DNA from: Candidatus Rifleibacteriota bacterium
GTDB taxonomy: Bacteria > Muiribacteriota > Ozemobacteria > Ozemobacterales > Ozemobacteraceae
NCBI GenBank assembly: GCA_012517355.1
Contig: JAAYVD010000014.1
Span: forward strand, 17,264 to 81,263
Direction: 5' to 3'
Length of the DNA: 64,000 nt
Position 1 is the first letter of the stretch. Every line of letters starts with the position of its first letter. The notes below the pieces were generated by a model, which saw only the letters and a list, made by a program, of their open reading frames with translations, did not search any database and was not told the DNA's origin. The position numbers and the translations under genes are program-made. This document shows positions 53,923-61,454 of this stretch, piece after piece.

Positions 53923-54351
53923 CTACTCGTCGGGCGAGGTTTCGTCATGGGATTCTTCGCCGGAAAACGCCGGCGCAGGGGTGGCGGGGGTGTCCAGCCA
54001 GTGGTCTGGGGAACGGGTGGCGGCGAGGGGATCGGGGGGGATCGTCTCGGCGGGGGCGACGGGGGACGGCCGGCCGGGCAGGTCGGCGGTGCGGAGACGC
54101 CGGGCGAGGTCGCGCTGGCGGGCGGCCAGGTCGAGCAGGCGGCCGGACTGATCGAGGAGCATGGCGGTGGCCAGGGTCATCAGCCCGACCAGCAGCAGCA
54201 GCAAGGTGAAGCCTCCCCGCCGGCGGGGGGCGACCGCGGCGAAGCGGACCCCTGACCCCGCGCAAAACCGACGTCGCGCGGGGCCAGCCGCGGCGGTCAG
54301 GGGGGAAGCCCTTCCGACATCGTGGGGGTCGGGGCGACGGCGGTGGTTCAC
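53923..54351 (-). CDS. Pseudopilin-like protein lacking Glu+5 (GspK-like minor pseudopilin?), proposed GTG start
   Basis: GGFTLLLLLVGLMTLATAML hydrophobic helix. The only start that fits is the GTG at 54351, which overlaps the upstream TGA (GTGA). The long basic leader contains repeat copy 2. Confidence 0.45.
   Translation of the reverse strand: MNHRRRPDPHDVGRASPLTAAAGPARRRFCAGSGVRFAAVAPRRRGGFTLLLLLVGLMTLATAMLLDQSGRLLDLAARQRDLARRLRTADLPGRPSPVAPAETIPPDPLAATRSPDHWLDTPATPAPAFSGEESHDETSPDE
54260..54332 (-). repeat. About 70-nt repeat element, copy 2 (inside the leader-coding part of the 53923..54351 gene)
   Basis: Minus strand CCGACCCCCACGATGTCGGAAGGGCTTCCCCCCTGACCGCCGCGG...CGGTTTTGCGC. Confidence 0.7.
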
Positions 54352-54863
54352 GGCCCACACCTCCAGAACATGGGGATCTTCGCGCCGTCGAGGAACACGG
54401 GGCCCCAGACGGTGTGGTCGTCGACCAGCTGGAACGGCCCGAAGACGGCCGCCCCAAGGAAGTCGAGGCACACGCGGCCTCCGGGCCGGACCAGTTCGAG
54501 AGTCTTCCCGCCCGGGCCGCGCCGGAGGCGGGTTTCGCCCTCCCCGAGGCAGATCACCTCGTCGGTCGACACCCAGCGCACCTGGCGGGCCCGGCGGAAG
54601 GCCTGATGGAGCACGGTGAAGCCGGTGGTGACGGCTTCCTGGGCGAGATACTCCCGGTGGTCGGTCTTCAGCCAGCCCAGCAACTGGGGGATGGGGGCGA
54701 ACAGGCCCTGCAGGGCGATCGCCAGCACGGCGATGACGATCATCAGTTCGATCAGGGTGAAACCGTGGCGGCGGTTCCCTGGCGATGCGCAAAACGGGCG
54801 TGGCGCGCCGACTGGCGTGGCGACAGGGGGGAAGCCCTTCAGACATCGTGCCGGTCGGGTCAT
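54348..54863 (-). CDS. Pseudopilin (prepilin-type N-terminal methylation motif) with an unusually long leader
   Basis: NRRHGFTLIELMIVIAVLAIAL, Glu at +5. ATGA overlap with the upstream gene fixes the start at 54863. The 33-aa leader contains repeat copy 3. Confidence 0.75.
   Translation of the reverse strand: MTRPARCLKGFPPVATPVGAPRPFCASPGNRRHGFTLIELMIVIAVLAIALQGLFAPIPQLLGWLKTDHREYLAQEAVTTGFTVLHQAFRRARQVRWVSTDEVICLGEGETRLRRGPGGKTLELVRPGGRVCLDFLGAAVFGPFQLVDDHTVWGPVFLDGAKIPMFWRCGP
54787..54858 (-). repeat. About 70-nt repeat element, copy 3 (inside the leader-coding part of the 54348..54863 gene)
   Basis: Minus strand CCGACCGGCACGATGTCTGAAGGGCTTCCCCCCTGTCGCCACGCC...CCCGTTTTGCGC. Confidence 0.7.
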
Positions 54864-55255
54864 GGCAGGGGAACCTCGCGGATGTAGCGGCGGCCGGGGC
54901 GGGCCGCCGTGGGGGGGACGACCATGATCAGGCGCAGGAGACGGGCTGGCCGGCCCGGAGTTCCCTCGTCGACCGTCTGGCAGCGCACCGGCCAGGGCAC
55001 CTGGAGATCCGCCAGGAAGGCGCGGACGCGGGGGCCGTCGCAGGGCCGGCCGGCCTCGAGCTCCGCCAACAGGCGGTTGCGGAGTCCCTCCAGGGCGAAC
55101 AGGGCGACGTTGGCCTGACGGATGGACTGGAGAGCGGCCCGCTCCGCCCCGGCCAGGCGGTAGGCGGTGGTGACGAGCACGCCGAGGAGGAGGACCGAGA
55201 CCATCAGTTCGGTCAGGGAGATGCCGGCGCGGACCCTGTTCCCGAGAGACTTCAT
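54860..55255 (-). CDS. Pseudopilin (prepilin-type N-terminus)
   Basis: MKSLGNRVRAGISLTELMVSVLLLGVLV, Glu at +5. ATGA overlap with the upstream GspF-like gene. Confidence 0.7.
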   Translation of the reverse strand: MKSLGNRVRAGISLTELMVSVLLLGVLVTTAYRLAGAERAALQSIRQANVALFALEGLRNRLLAELEAGRPCDGPRVRAFLADLQVPWPVRCQTVDEGTPGRPARLLRLIMVVPPTAARPGRRYIREVPLP

Positions 55256-56331
55256 GGGGTCACCGCGGTCTGGCCGGTAAAGGCGAAGTAGGGCTGGAAG
55301 AAGGCCAGGCACAGGAGGAGGACCAGCCCGCCCACGAGCAGCAGCCCGGCGGCCTGGCCCACGGTCTCGAGGCGGCCGAGCAGCCCGTTGGCCATCCCGA
55401 GGTGGGCACGGGCGAGGGAGTCCAGGCGCCCCACCAGTTGGGCGGTGTCGCCCCCCTGGCCCACCTCGGCGGCGATCGGCCCCAGCATCTCGCTGTCCCA
55501 CAGGACGTCGGCGGCGGGTTCCCCTTTCTCCAGGCGGAGGGCGGTCTGGCGCAGATCGGCCAGGAACAGGCGGGCCCCGCCGTGGCGGGCCGTCCACTGC
55601 ATGGCTTCCGGCAGGGGGCGGCCGGCCTGGAGGAAGAGGGCCAGGGTGCCCAGCAGGCGGCCCTTCTCCTCGTGCCAGGCGAACCGGGGCAATTGGAGGA
55701 TGCGGCCGATCAGGGTGGCCGGGTAGTCGCGGGGCGGGGTCACCCAGAGCAGGAGGGTCAGCGACACGGCGACCGCCACGACCAGGGCTGGCAGGGGAAT
55801 GGAGAGCGGCCAGGTGGAGGGGTCGGCCACGAACCAGGCGCGGACCATGAAGGGGAGCGGCAGGCGCTGGGCGGCGAAGCCCGCGCTCATCGCCGGCAGC
55901 AGGTGGAGGTTGATCAGCGCCACGTTGGCCACCGCCAGGCAGGCGACCAGGAAGGGGTGGAACAGCGCGGTGCGCAGGTGTTCGCCGAGGCGCGCATACG
56001 CCACCAGTTGGCGGACGTAGGCGGTGAGGCATTCCTGCAGGCCGAATCCGCCGGGAATGCCGAGCAGGGCCACCAGGACCTCGTCGAGCCCCGTCAGGCC
56101 GGCCAGGACATCGGCGGGGGCCCGACCGCGGGCCAGCCCGTCGGCCAGCCGGCCCGCCCAGTCGGCCGCCGGCGAAGGTTCCATCTGCGCGGCCGCTTCG
56201 CTGAGGAACCGGCTGAGGGGAAGTCCGCTCGCCTGGGCGGCCTGGAGGGTCTGGGCAAAGGACAGCAGGTCCTCGGGCGAGGCCATGGCCGTGGCGGGAG
56301 CGGAAGCGGGGGCGCGGGTCGGAGCAGCCAT
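55252..56331 (-). CDS. Divergent GspF/PilC-like platform protein, paralogue B
   Basis: Two T2SSF-like repeats (LQAAQASGLPLSRFL, LALFLQAGRPLPEAM) and TM segments. TGATG overlap with paralogue A. An alternative start lies a few codons downstream. Confidence 0.6.
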   Translation of the reverse strand: MAAPTRAPASAPATAMASPEDLLSFAQTLQAAQASGLPLSRFLSEAAAQMEPSPAADWAGRLADGLARGRAPADVLAGLTGLDEVLVALLGIPGGFGLQECLTAYVRQLVAYARLGEHLRTALFHPFLVACLAVANVALINLHLLPAMSAGFAAQRLPLPFMVRAWFVADPSTWPLSIPLPALVVAVAVSLTLLLWVTPPRDYPATLIGRILQLPRFAWHEEKGRLLGTLALFLQAGRPLPEAMQWTARHGGARLFLADLRQTALRLEKGEPAADVLWDSEMLGPIAAEVGQGGDTAQLVGRLDSLARAHLGMANGLLGRLETVGQAAGLLLVGGLVLLLCLAFFQPYFAFTGQTAVTP

Positions 56332-57359
56332 CACAGGAGCTCCAGCATGGCGATCATCGGCATCATGACCCCGGCGGCGATCACGCCGACGGCGGTGCCC
56401 AGGCCGAGCACCAGCAGGGACTCGACGGCGGTCATGAACCGCTGGCGGGAGGCGGTGACGCGGGTTTCCAGCAGGTCGGCCCCCTCGGCCAGGAAGGCGG
56501 GGGTCTTGCCGCGCTGCAAGCCGAGTCGGAGGAGCAGGAGGGCCAGCGGGTCGGCGTGGAGACCGGCCAGGGCACGGTCCAGCGGTTCCCGCTGCAGCAG
56601 GCATTCCCCGACCTGGCGAAGGGCGGCCCCGGTCTGGGGAAAGATCACGGGATGGCCGATGACGGTCAGCAGGTAGGGCAGGCGGGCATGGCTGATCCCT
56701 GGCAGGAGACGGAGAACCTCGGCAAGTTCCTGCGAGCGGTGGGTCCGGCCGATGAGGTGCCCGACCCCGCGATACAGGAACCATCCCGCCAGGGGAGCGA
56801 GGAGGAGCACCACGAGGAGGGCGGGAGAGGAGAGGTCGCCGATCCAGAGGATGGCCCGGGACAACGGGGGAAGAGGCGCATCCAGGCTCCGGAAGATCTC
56901 CTTGAACTGGGGGAGAACAAACATCAGCAACTGCAGCACGACCAGGAGCCCGACGGCGAACTCGGTGACCAGGTAGGCCAGCCCGTCCGCCCCGCTGGAC
57001 CCCGCGGTGACCGGTCCTGACAGCAGGCGGGTCTGCAGGATCATCCCCTTTTCGCGGTCCGGGAGGTCGGCCCCGAGAATGGCCCGGAAGACGGCGGGCA
57101 GTTCGCGGCAGGAGGGGTGGACCAGCAGGCCGGGCAGGGGCAGGCCCTGGGCCAGGCCTTCGCTCAGGTGGGCGAAGGCCTGGCGGATGGGTGTCCAGTC
57201 GCAGGACGAGATGGCCAGCGCCAGGGCGCGGGGCAGGGGCCGGCCGGCGGCCAGGGCCAGGGCGAGCTGCGCCAGGGCTTCGCGGCGGCGGTTTTCCGAC
57301 CACAGGCGGAACAGCCGGAAGACCGCCCCTCCGGCGAAGGTCCGGAAGCCGCGAATCAT
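56331..57359 (-). CDS. Divergent GspF/PilC-like platform protein, paralogue A
   Basis: LALALAAGRPLPRAL, FKEIFRSLDAPLPPLSRAI, and a second repeat with C-terminal TM. ATGA overlap with the GspE-like gene. Confidence 0.7.
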   Translation of the reverse strand: MIRGFRTFAGGAVFRLFRLWSENRRREALAQLALALAAGRPLPRALALAISSCDWTPIRQAFAHLSEGLAQGLPLPGLLVHPSCRELPAVFRAILGADLPDREKGMILQTRLLSGPVTAGSSGADGLAYLVTEFAVGLLVVLQLLMFVLPQFKEIFRSLDAPLPPLSRAILWIGDLSSPALLVVLLLAPLAGWFLYRGVGHLIGRTHRSQELAEVLRLLPGISHARLPYLLTVIGHPVIFPQTGAALRQVGECLLQREPLDRALAGLHADPLALLLLRLGLQRGKTPAFLAEGADLLETRVTASRQRFMTAVESLLVLGLGTAVGVIAAGVMMPMIAMLELL

Positions 57360-58765
57360 GGCGCGGGTTCCGTTTCTTCGCCGGAGCCCATGGCAGGGGC
57401 GAGGCGCCAGGTGGCCGGCCGGTCGCCGGGCAGGAGGCGGGTCACGGCGACCTCTGGGCGGGGAAGGGGCGTGGTCGGGGGCGTCCTGGTGCCTTGGGTT
57501 TCGTCGGTCGGGGGCATTTCCCGGTCAGGCGGCGGCCGGGGGCCTGCGGCGGCCGCCCAGCGCAGGGAGACCATGCCGCGCAGCCCGGCGGCGACGAGAT
57601 CGGGGGCGGCCCCCATCTGCCGCATGCGGTCGAGAGCGGCGGCGGGGGAGGCGGCATGGAAGGTGGCGAGCACGAGGTGGCCGGCCAGGCCGGCCTGGAG
57701 GACCTCACGCAGGCAGGCGGGGTCGCGGATCTCGCCGAGGGCCAGGACGTCGGGATCCTGGCGGAGGAGGTGCTTGAAGGCCCCGGCGAGGTCGAGGCCG
57801 GCCTGCGGGTCGAGGGAGGCCTGGCAAATGCCGGGCACCTTCCCCTCCACGGGGTCTTCGAGGGTGACCACCCGGCGGGGACCCTCGCGGGCGAGGTCGG
57901 CCAGGGTGGCGTAGAGGGCGGTGGTCTTGCCGCTGCCCACGGGGCCGGTCACCAGCAACAGGCCGGGGCCTTCGGCCAACAGGTCCTGCCAGGCCCGGAC
58001 GGCGGCGGCCGGCCAGCCGAGGGAATCGAGGCCGGGGAACTGCAGCGGCCGGACGAGGCGCAGGGCGACCCGTTCCCCGTCCAGTGAGGGAAAGACGGCC
58101 AGCCGGGCCTCGATGCCGGGGTGGGCCTCCAGCGCCCAGGCCCCTTCCTGGGAGATGCCCGCCAGGTGCGGGTGGCAACCGGCCAGGTGCTTGAGCCGGG
58201 CGACCACCCCGGGGTGCCCGGTCGCCGGGAAACCGCCGGCCTCCTCGAGGCGCGCCTGCGCCCGCAGCGTCACCCGGGTATGGCCGGGAAGGGGCTCGAG
58301 GTGCAGGTCGCTGGCCCCCGTGTCGACGGCCAATCGCAGCAGGAGATCGACGGCCCGCACGTAGGGGTCGCCCGCCCACCCCACCACGTCGGCCACCGCC
58401 TGGAGGGTGGCGGGGGCGTCGAGGCGGGCGGTGGCGAGGGAAAGCCACCGGCGGCGCTCTTCCGCCAGCTGCCCGACGAGGCGGGCGGCCAGAGCGGGGT
58501 CGGGGCCAGGCCAGAGGAGTTCCCGGGCCCCGGAGCGGCAGGTTAGGCGCAACCCCTCGGGGGTCAGATCCACGGTCTCCACCTCTTCCAGCGGCAGGCG
58601 GCGGGGCGGGCCATCGGCGAGGATCTCCACCACCTCGGCGTCGAGGCGGAACCCCCGGGCGCGGGTGGTCCAGCCCTGCCAGCCGCCGGGCCGGACCTCG
58701 AAGGGGAGCGGCACGGACCGGCCGTTTCGGGCCGGAGGGAGAGGTTCTTCGGTCAGGGAGGGCAT
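57356..58765 (-). CDS. Divergent GspE-family secretion ATPase (no tetracysteine motif)
   Basis: Walker A GPVGSGKTTALYA, VVTLEDPVE, Walker B DPDVLALGEIRD and His box LVLATFHA. Start at 58765 (MPSLTEEP) is favoured by a promoter 7 nt upstream. The alternative ATG is at 58813. Confidence 0.85.
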   Translation of the reverse strand: MPSLTEEPLPPARNGRSVPLPFEVRPGGWQGWTTRARGFRLDAEVVEILADGPPRRLPLEEVETVDLTPEGLRLTCRSGARELLWPGPDPALAARLVGQLAEERRRWLSLATARLDAPATLQAVADVVGWAGDPYVRAVDLLLRLAVDTGASDLHLEPLPGHTRVTLRAQARLEEAGGFPATGHPGVVARLKHLAGCHPHLAGISQEGAWALEAHPGIEARLAVFPSLDGERVALRLVRPLQFPGLDSLGWPAAAVRAWQDLLAEGPGLLLVTGPVGSGKTTALYATLADLAREGPRRVVTLEDPVEGKVPGICQASLDPQAGLDLAGAFKHLLRQDPDVLALGEIRDPACLREVLQAGLAGHLVLATFHAASPAAALDRMRQMGAAPDLVAAGLRGMVSLRWAAAAGPRPPPDREMPPTDETQGTRTPPTTPLPRPEVAVTRLLPGDRPATWRLAPAMGSGEETEPAP

Positions 58766-58772
58766 GCCGGAT

Positions 58773-58801
58773 ACTGTATCACGGCGCGTCCCCACGGGCA
58801 A
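58773..58801 (-). promoter_or_regulatory. Putative promoter giving a leaderless transcript of the second filament operon
   Basis: Minus strand TTGCCC (58801-58796), 17-nt spacer, TGaTACAGT extended -10 (-10 hexamer at 58778-58773), then 7 nt to the ATG at 58765. No SD is present. Confidence 0.4.
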
Positions 58802-58972
58802 TGCCCAGCCCATGGCCGATGGACCGGACCGGGCGGGGATAGGGGCGGGGCTTTTCCGTGCAGGGAGAGGGCAAGGTGGTGAAAAGGCCCCGGGGGTGAA
58901 GAGCGGGGCGACCGGTTGCGCTCCGCCCAGTCACCAACCGTTGAACATGCGCCGGTGAGCACGCCCCGCGCA

Positions 58973-59130
58973 GAGGACGGGCCGCGCCTGTGGACGGGTC
59001 AGGGACAGCGGAAGGCTCCGTTTGTCCACGGGTCGGGGCAAAGGACGGGCGGCGCCTGGCCACGGGTGGGGGGAAGAGGACGGGCGGCGCCTGGCCACGG
59101 GTCGGGGGAAGAGGACGGGCGGCGCCTCGG
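58973..59130. repeat. Tandem array of 34-36-nt GC-rich repeats (three good copies plus one degenerate copy)
   Basis: CCACGGGTCGGGGCAAAGGACGGGCGGCGCCTGG / CCACGGGTGGGGGGAAGAGGACGGGCGGCGCCTGG / CCACGGGTCGGGGGAAGAGGACGGGCGGCGCCTCGG at 59026-59130. A degenerate copy precedes them. Confidence 0.85.
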
Positions 59131-59183
59131 CTCGGGCATGGGGCAGAGGGCGGCCGACTGTCAGGCGGTCGGCCCACCGGGGG

Positions 59184-60407
59184 TCAGATGACGCCTTGTT
59201 CCTTGAGGTGGCCAACCGTCTCCGGTGGGCGGCCGAGGCGGGTCCCCCAGATGTCGGCGTTGTGCTGGCCGAGAGTGGGAGCGGGGCCCAGCACCTCGGC
59301 GGCGGTCTCGGAGAACTTGATGGGCACGCCGGGAATCTTCATCGAGCCGGCGGTGGGGTGGACCACCTCGACGAGCATCTTGCGGGCGAGGACGTGGGCG
59401 TCGTTCAACACCTGGCTGATGGAGTTGATCGGGCCGCAGGGAATGCCCTTGGCCTGCAGAAGACCCAGCCAGTCGGCCGTCGTGCGTCTGGCGAGGGCCT
59501 TGTTCATCTCGATCTCGAGTTCCGACGAGTGCTGGACGCGCAGGGGATTGGTCGCGAAGCGGGGGTCCTCGGTGAGGGCGGGCACGTCGGCCAGGGCACA
59601 GAACTTCCGCCACAGGTCGTCGTTGCCGCAGGCGATGTTCAAAGAGCCGTCGGCGGTGGTGAAGGTGGCGAAGGGGGCGATCGAGGGGTGGCGGTTGCCG
59701 ATGGGCTGGGGATCCTGGCCGGTGGCGACGTGTCGGGCGACGGCATTCTCGAGGATGGCGACCATGCAGTCGAGCATGCCGACGTCGACGAGCTGGCCCC
59801 GGCCGGTCTTTTCGCGCGAATAGAGCGCGGCCAGGATGCCGATGGCGGTGAACACCCCGGCGAAGATGTCGGCGATGGAACTGCCGACCTTGGTCGGCTG
59901 GTCGGCGTCGGGGCCGGTGATGCTCATCAGGCCGCCCATGCCCTGGATGATGAGGTCGTAGGCCGGTCGGTCGCTGTAGGGGCCGGTCTGGCCGAACCCG
60001 GAAGAGGCGGCGTAGACGAGGCGCGGGTTGACCCGGGCGAGGGCGTCGTAGCCGAGGCCGAGGCGGTCCATGACGCCGGGTTTGAAGTTCTCGACGAGCA
60101 CGTCGGCCTTGCGGACCAGTTCGAGCAGGAGTTCCTGGCCCTCGGGGCGCTTGAGATTGAGGGTGGCGCTCTTCTTTCCGCGGTTGATGCTCATGAAATA
60201 GGCGCTTTCGCCATGCACGAAGGGACCGAAGGCGCGGGAATCGTCCCCGCCTTCGGGGCGTTCGATCTTGATCACCTCGGCGCCCATGTCGGCCAGCAGC
60301 ATGGTGCAGAAAGGCCCGGCAAGCACGCGGGTCATGTCGACGACGACGATGCCGGTCAAGGGACCGGTCATGGCGGGACTTTCGTTCATGGCGGGATGTT
60401 CGTTCAT
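59184..60407 (-). CDS. Family III CoA-transferase (CaiB/BaiF/Frc type)
   Basis: LTGIVVVDMTRVLAGPFCTMLLADMGAEVIKIE and the catalytic Asp region GMGGLMSITG. Three in-frame ATGs lie 18 nt apart (60407, 60389, 60371). Confidence 0.85.
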   Translation of the reverse strand: MNEHPAMNESPAMTGPLTGIVVVDMTRVLAGPFCTMLLADMGAEVIKIERPEGGDDSRAFGPFVHGESAYFMSINRGKKSATLNLKRPEGQELLLELVRKADVLVENFKPGVMDRLGLGYDALARVNPRLVYAASSGFGQTGPYSDRPAYDLIIQGMGGLMSITGPDADQPTKVGSSIADIFAGVFTAIGILAALYSREKTGRGQLVDVGMLDCMVAILENAVARHVATGQDPQPIGNRHPSIAPFATFTTADGSLNIACGNDDLWRKFCALADVPALTEDPRFATNPLRVQHSSELEIEMNKALARRTTADWLGLLQAKGIPCGPINSISQVLNDAHVLARKMLVEVVHPTAGSMKIPGVPIKFSETAAEVLGPAPTLGQHNADIWGTRLGRPPETVGHLKEQGVI

Positions 60408-60414
60408 CTGAGGT

Positions 60415-61308
60415 CTAGCGCCACCGCTGGTAGGGAACGCGGCGCGCCGGTTCGAACGATGACCGGCCCTGGCGCAGGATGCCGGCGTAGGAACTGACGT
60501 TGCGGTCCTCGAGGTGGTCGAAGTGCTGGGGGGCGGAGGCGTTGGGCACGACGGTGCGGATGGGGTCGGGGTCGAGTTCGGCCCAGATGAACTCGTCGCA
60601 GGCGCGGGCCTGGGCCATCTTGACCCCGGTCGGGTGGACGATCATGGACGAGCCGAAGAAATACGAACCGCTGGCGTCCGGGCCGACGCCGTTGGCGGCG
60701 ATCCAGTAGACGTGGTTGTCATAGGCGCGGGCGCGGTTGGTGAGTTCCCAGTGGTCGAAGGTGCGCATGAAGGCCGAGGGGCGGCAGATGATCTCGGCGC
60801 CCTGGAGAGTGGTGACGCGCGCCAGCTCGGGGAAGTCGCCGTCGTAGCAGATGACGATGCCGATGTTGCCGATCGGGGTCTCGACGCAGAAGGGGCGATG
60901 ACCCGGGGTGGTCCAGCCGCCAGCCTCCTTGCGTTCGGTGGGGAAGGGGTGGGTCTTGCGGTACACCCCGAGAATGCCCTGGGGTCCGACGAGGGCGGCG
61001 CTGTTGTAGACCACGTCTTCGCGCTTGCCGCGCTCGTAGGTGGGGAAGACGAGGTAGATGTTCAGTTCCTTCGCCCAGGCGATGGCCCGGTCGGTCAGCC
61101 GCCCGGGAATGGTGTCGACCGACTTCCACAGGTCGCGGACGTCGCCGACGGGCGTGAACCCCGTGGTGAACGACTCGGGGAGGACGACCAGATCGGCCTT
61201 GGTGGTTTCGCGGCATTGGCACAACAGTTCGTAGGCCCGGTGCATGTTCTTTTCGACGGCCATGGGTTCGACCATGAACTGCAGGGCGGCGGAGACGATT
61301 CGCTTCAT
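60415..61308 (-). CDS. Carbon-nitrogen hydrolase (nitrilase superfamily)
   Basis: Start MKRIVSAAL after GGAGGAAA. Glu-Lys-Cys triad context VLPESF, YRKTHPF and IVICYDGDFPE. Confidence 0.85.
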   Translation of the reverse strand: MKRIVSAALQFMVEPMAVEKNMHRAYELLCQCRETTKADLVVLPESFTTGFTPVGDVRDLWKSVDTIPGRLTDRAIAWAKELNIYLVFPTYERGKREDVVYNSAALVGPQGILGVYRKTHPFPTERKEAGGWTTPGHRPFCVETPIGNIGIVICYDGDFPELARVTTLQGAEIICRPSAFMRTFDHWELTNRARAYDNHVYWIAANGVGPDASGSYFFGSSMIVHPTGVKMAQARACDEFIWAELDPDPIRTVVPNASAPQHFDHLEDRNVSSYAGILRQGRSSFEPARRVPYQRWR

Positions 61309-61454
61309 GTTTTCCTCCGGAGACATCCAGCCCGGGAAAGGACTGCCCGGGATGCGCCATTGTAGCACATCGGCACCCGCCGGAAAAGGTTCACCGCAAC
61401 GACGCCCATCCAGCCCGGGTTCGCTGCCCCGGTTTCGGGCAGCGGCGGGAAGCG

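Noticed and set aside
58973-59130. Possible CRISPR array
   Set aside because: The repeat units are directly contiguous with no unique spacers. There are only 3-4 copies, and there are no cas genes in the window.
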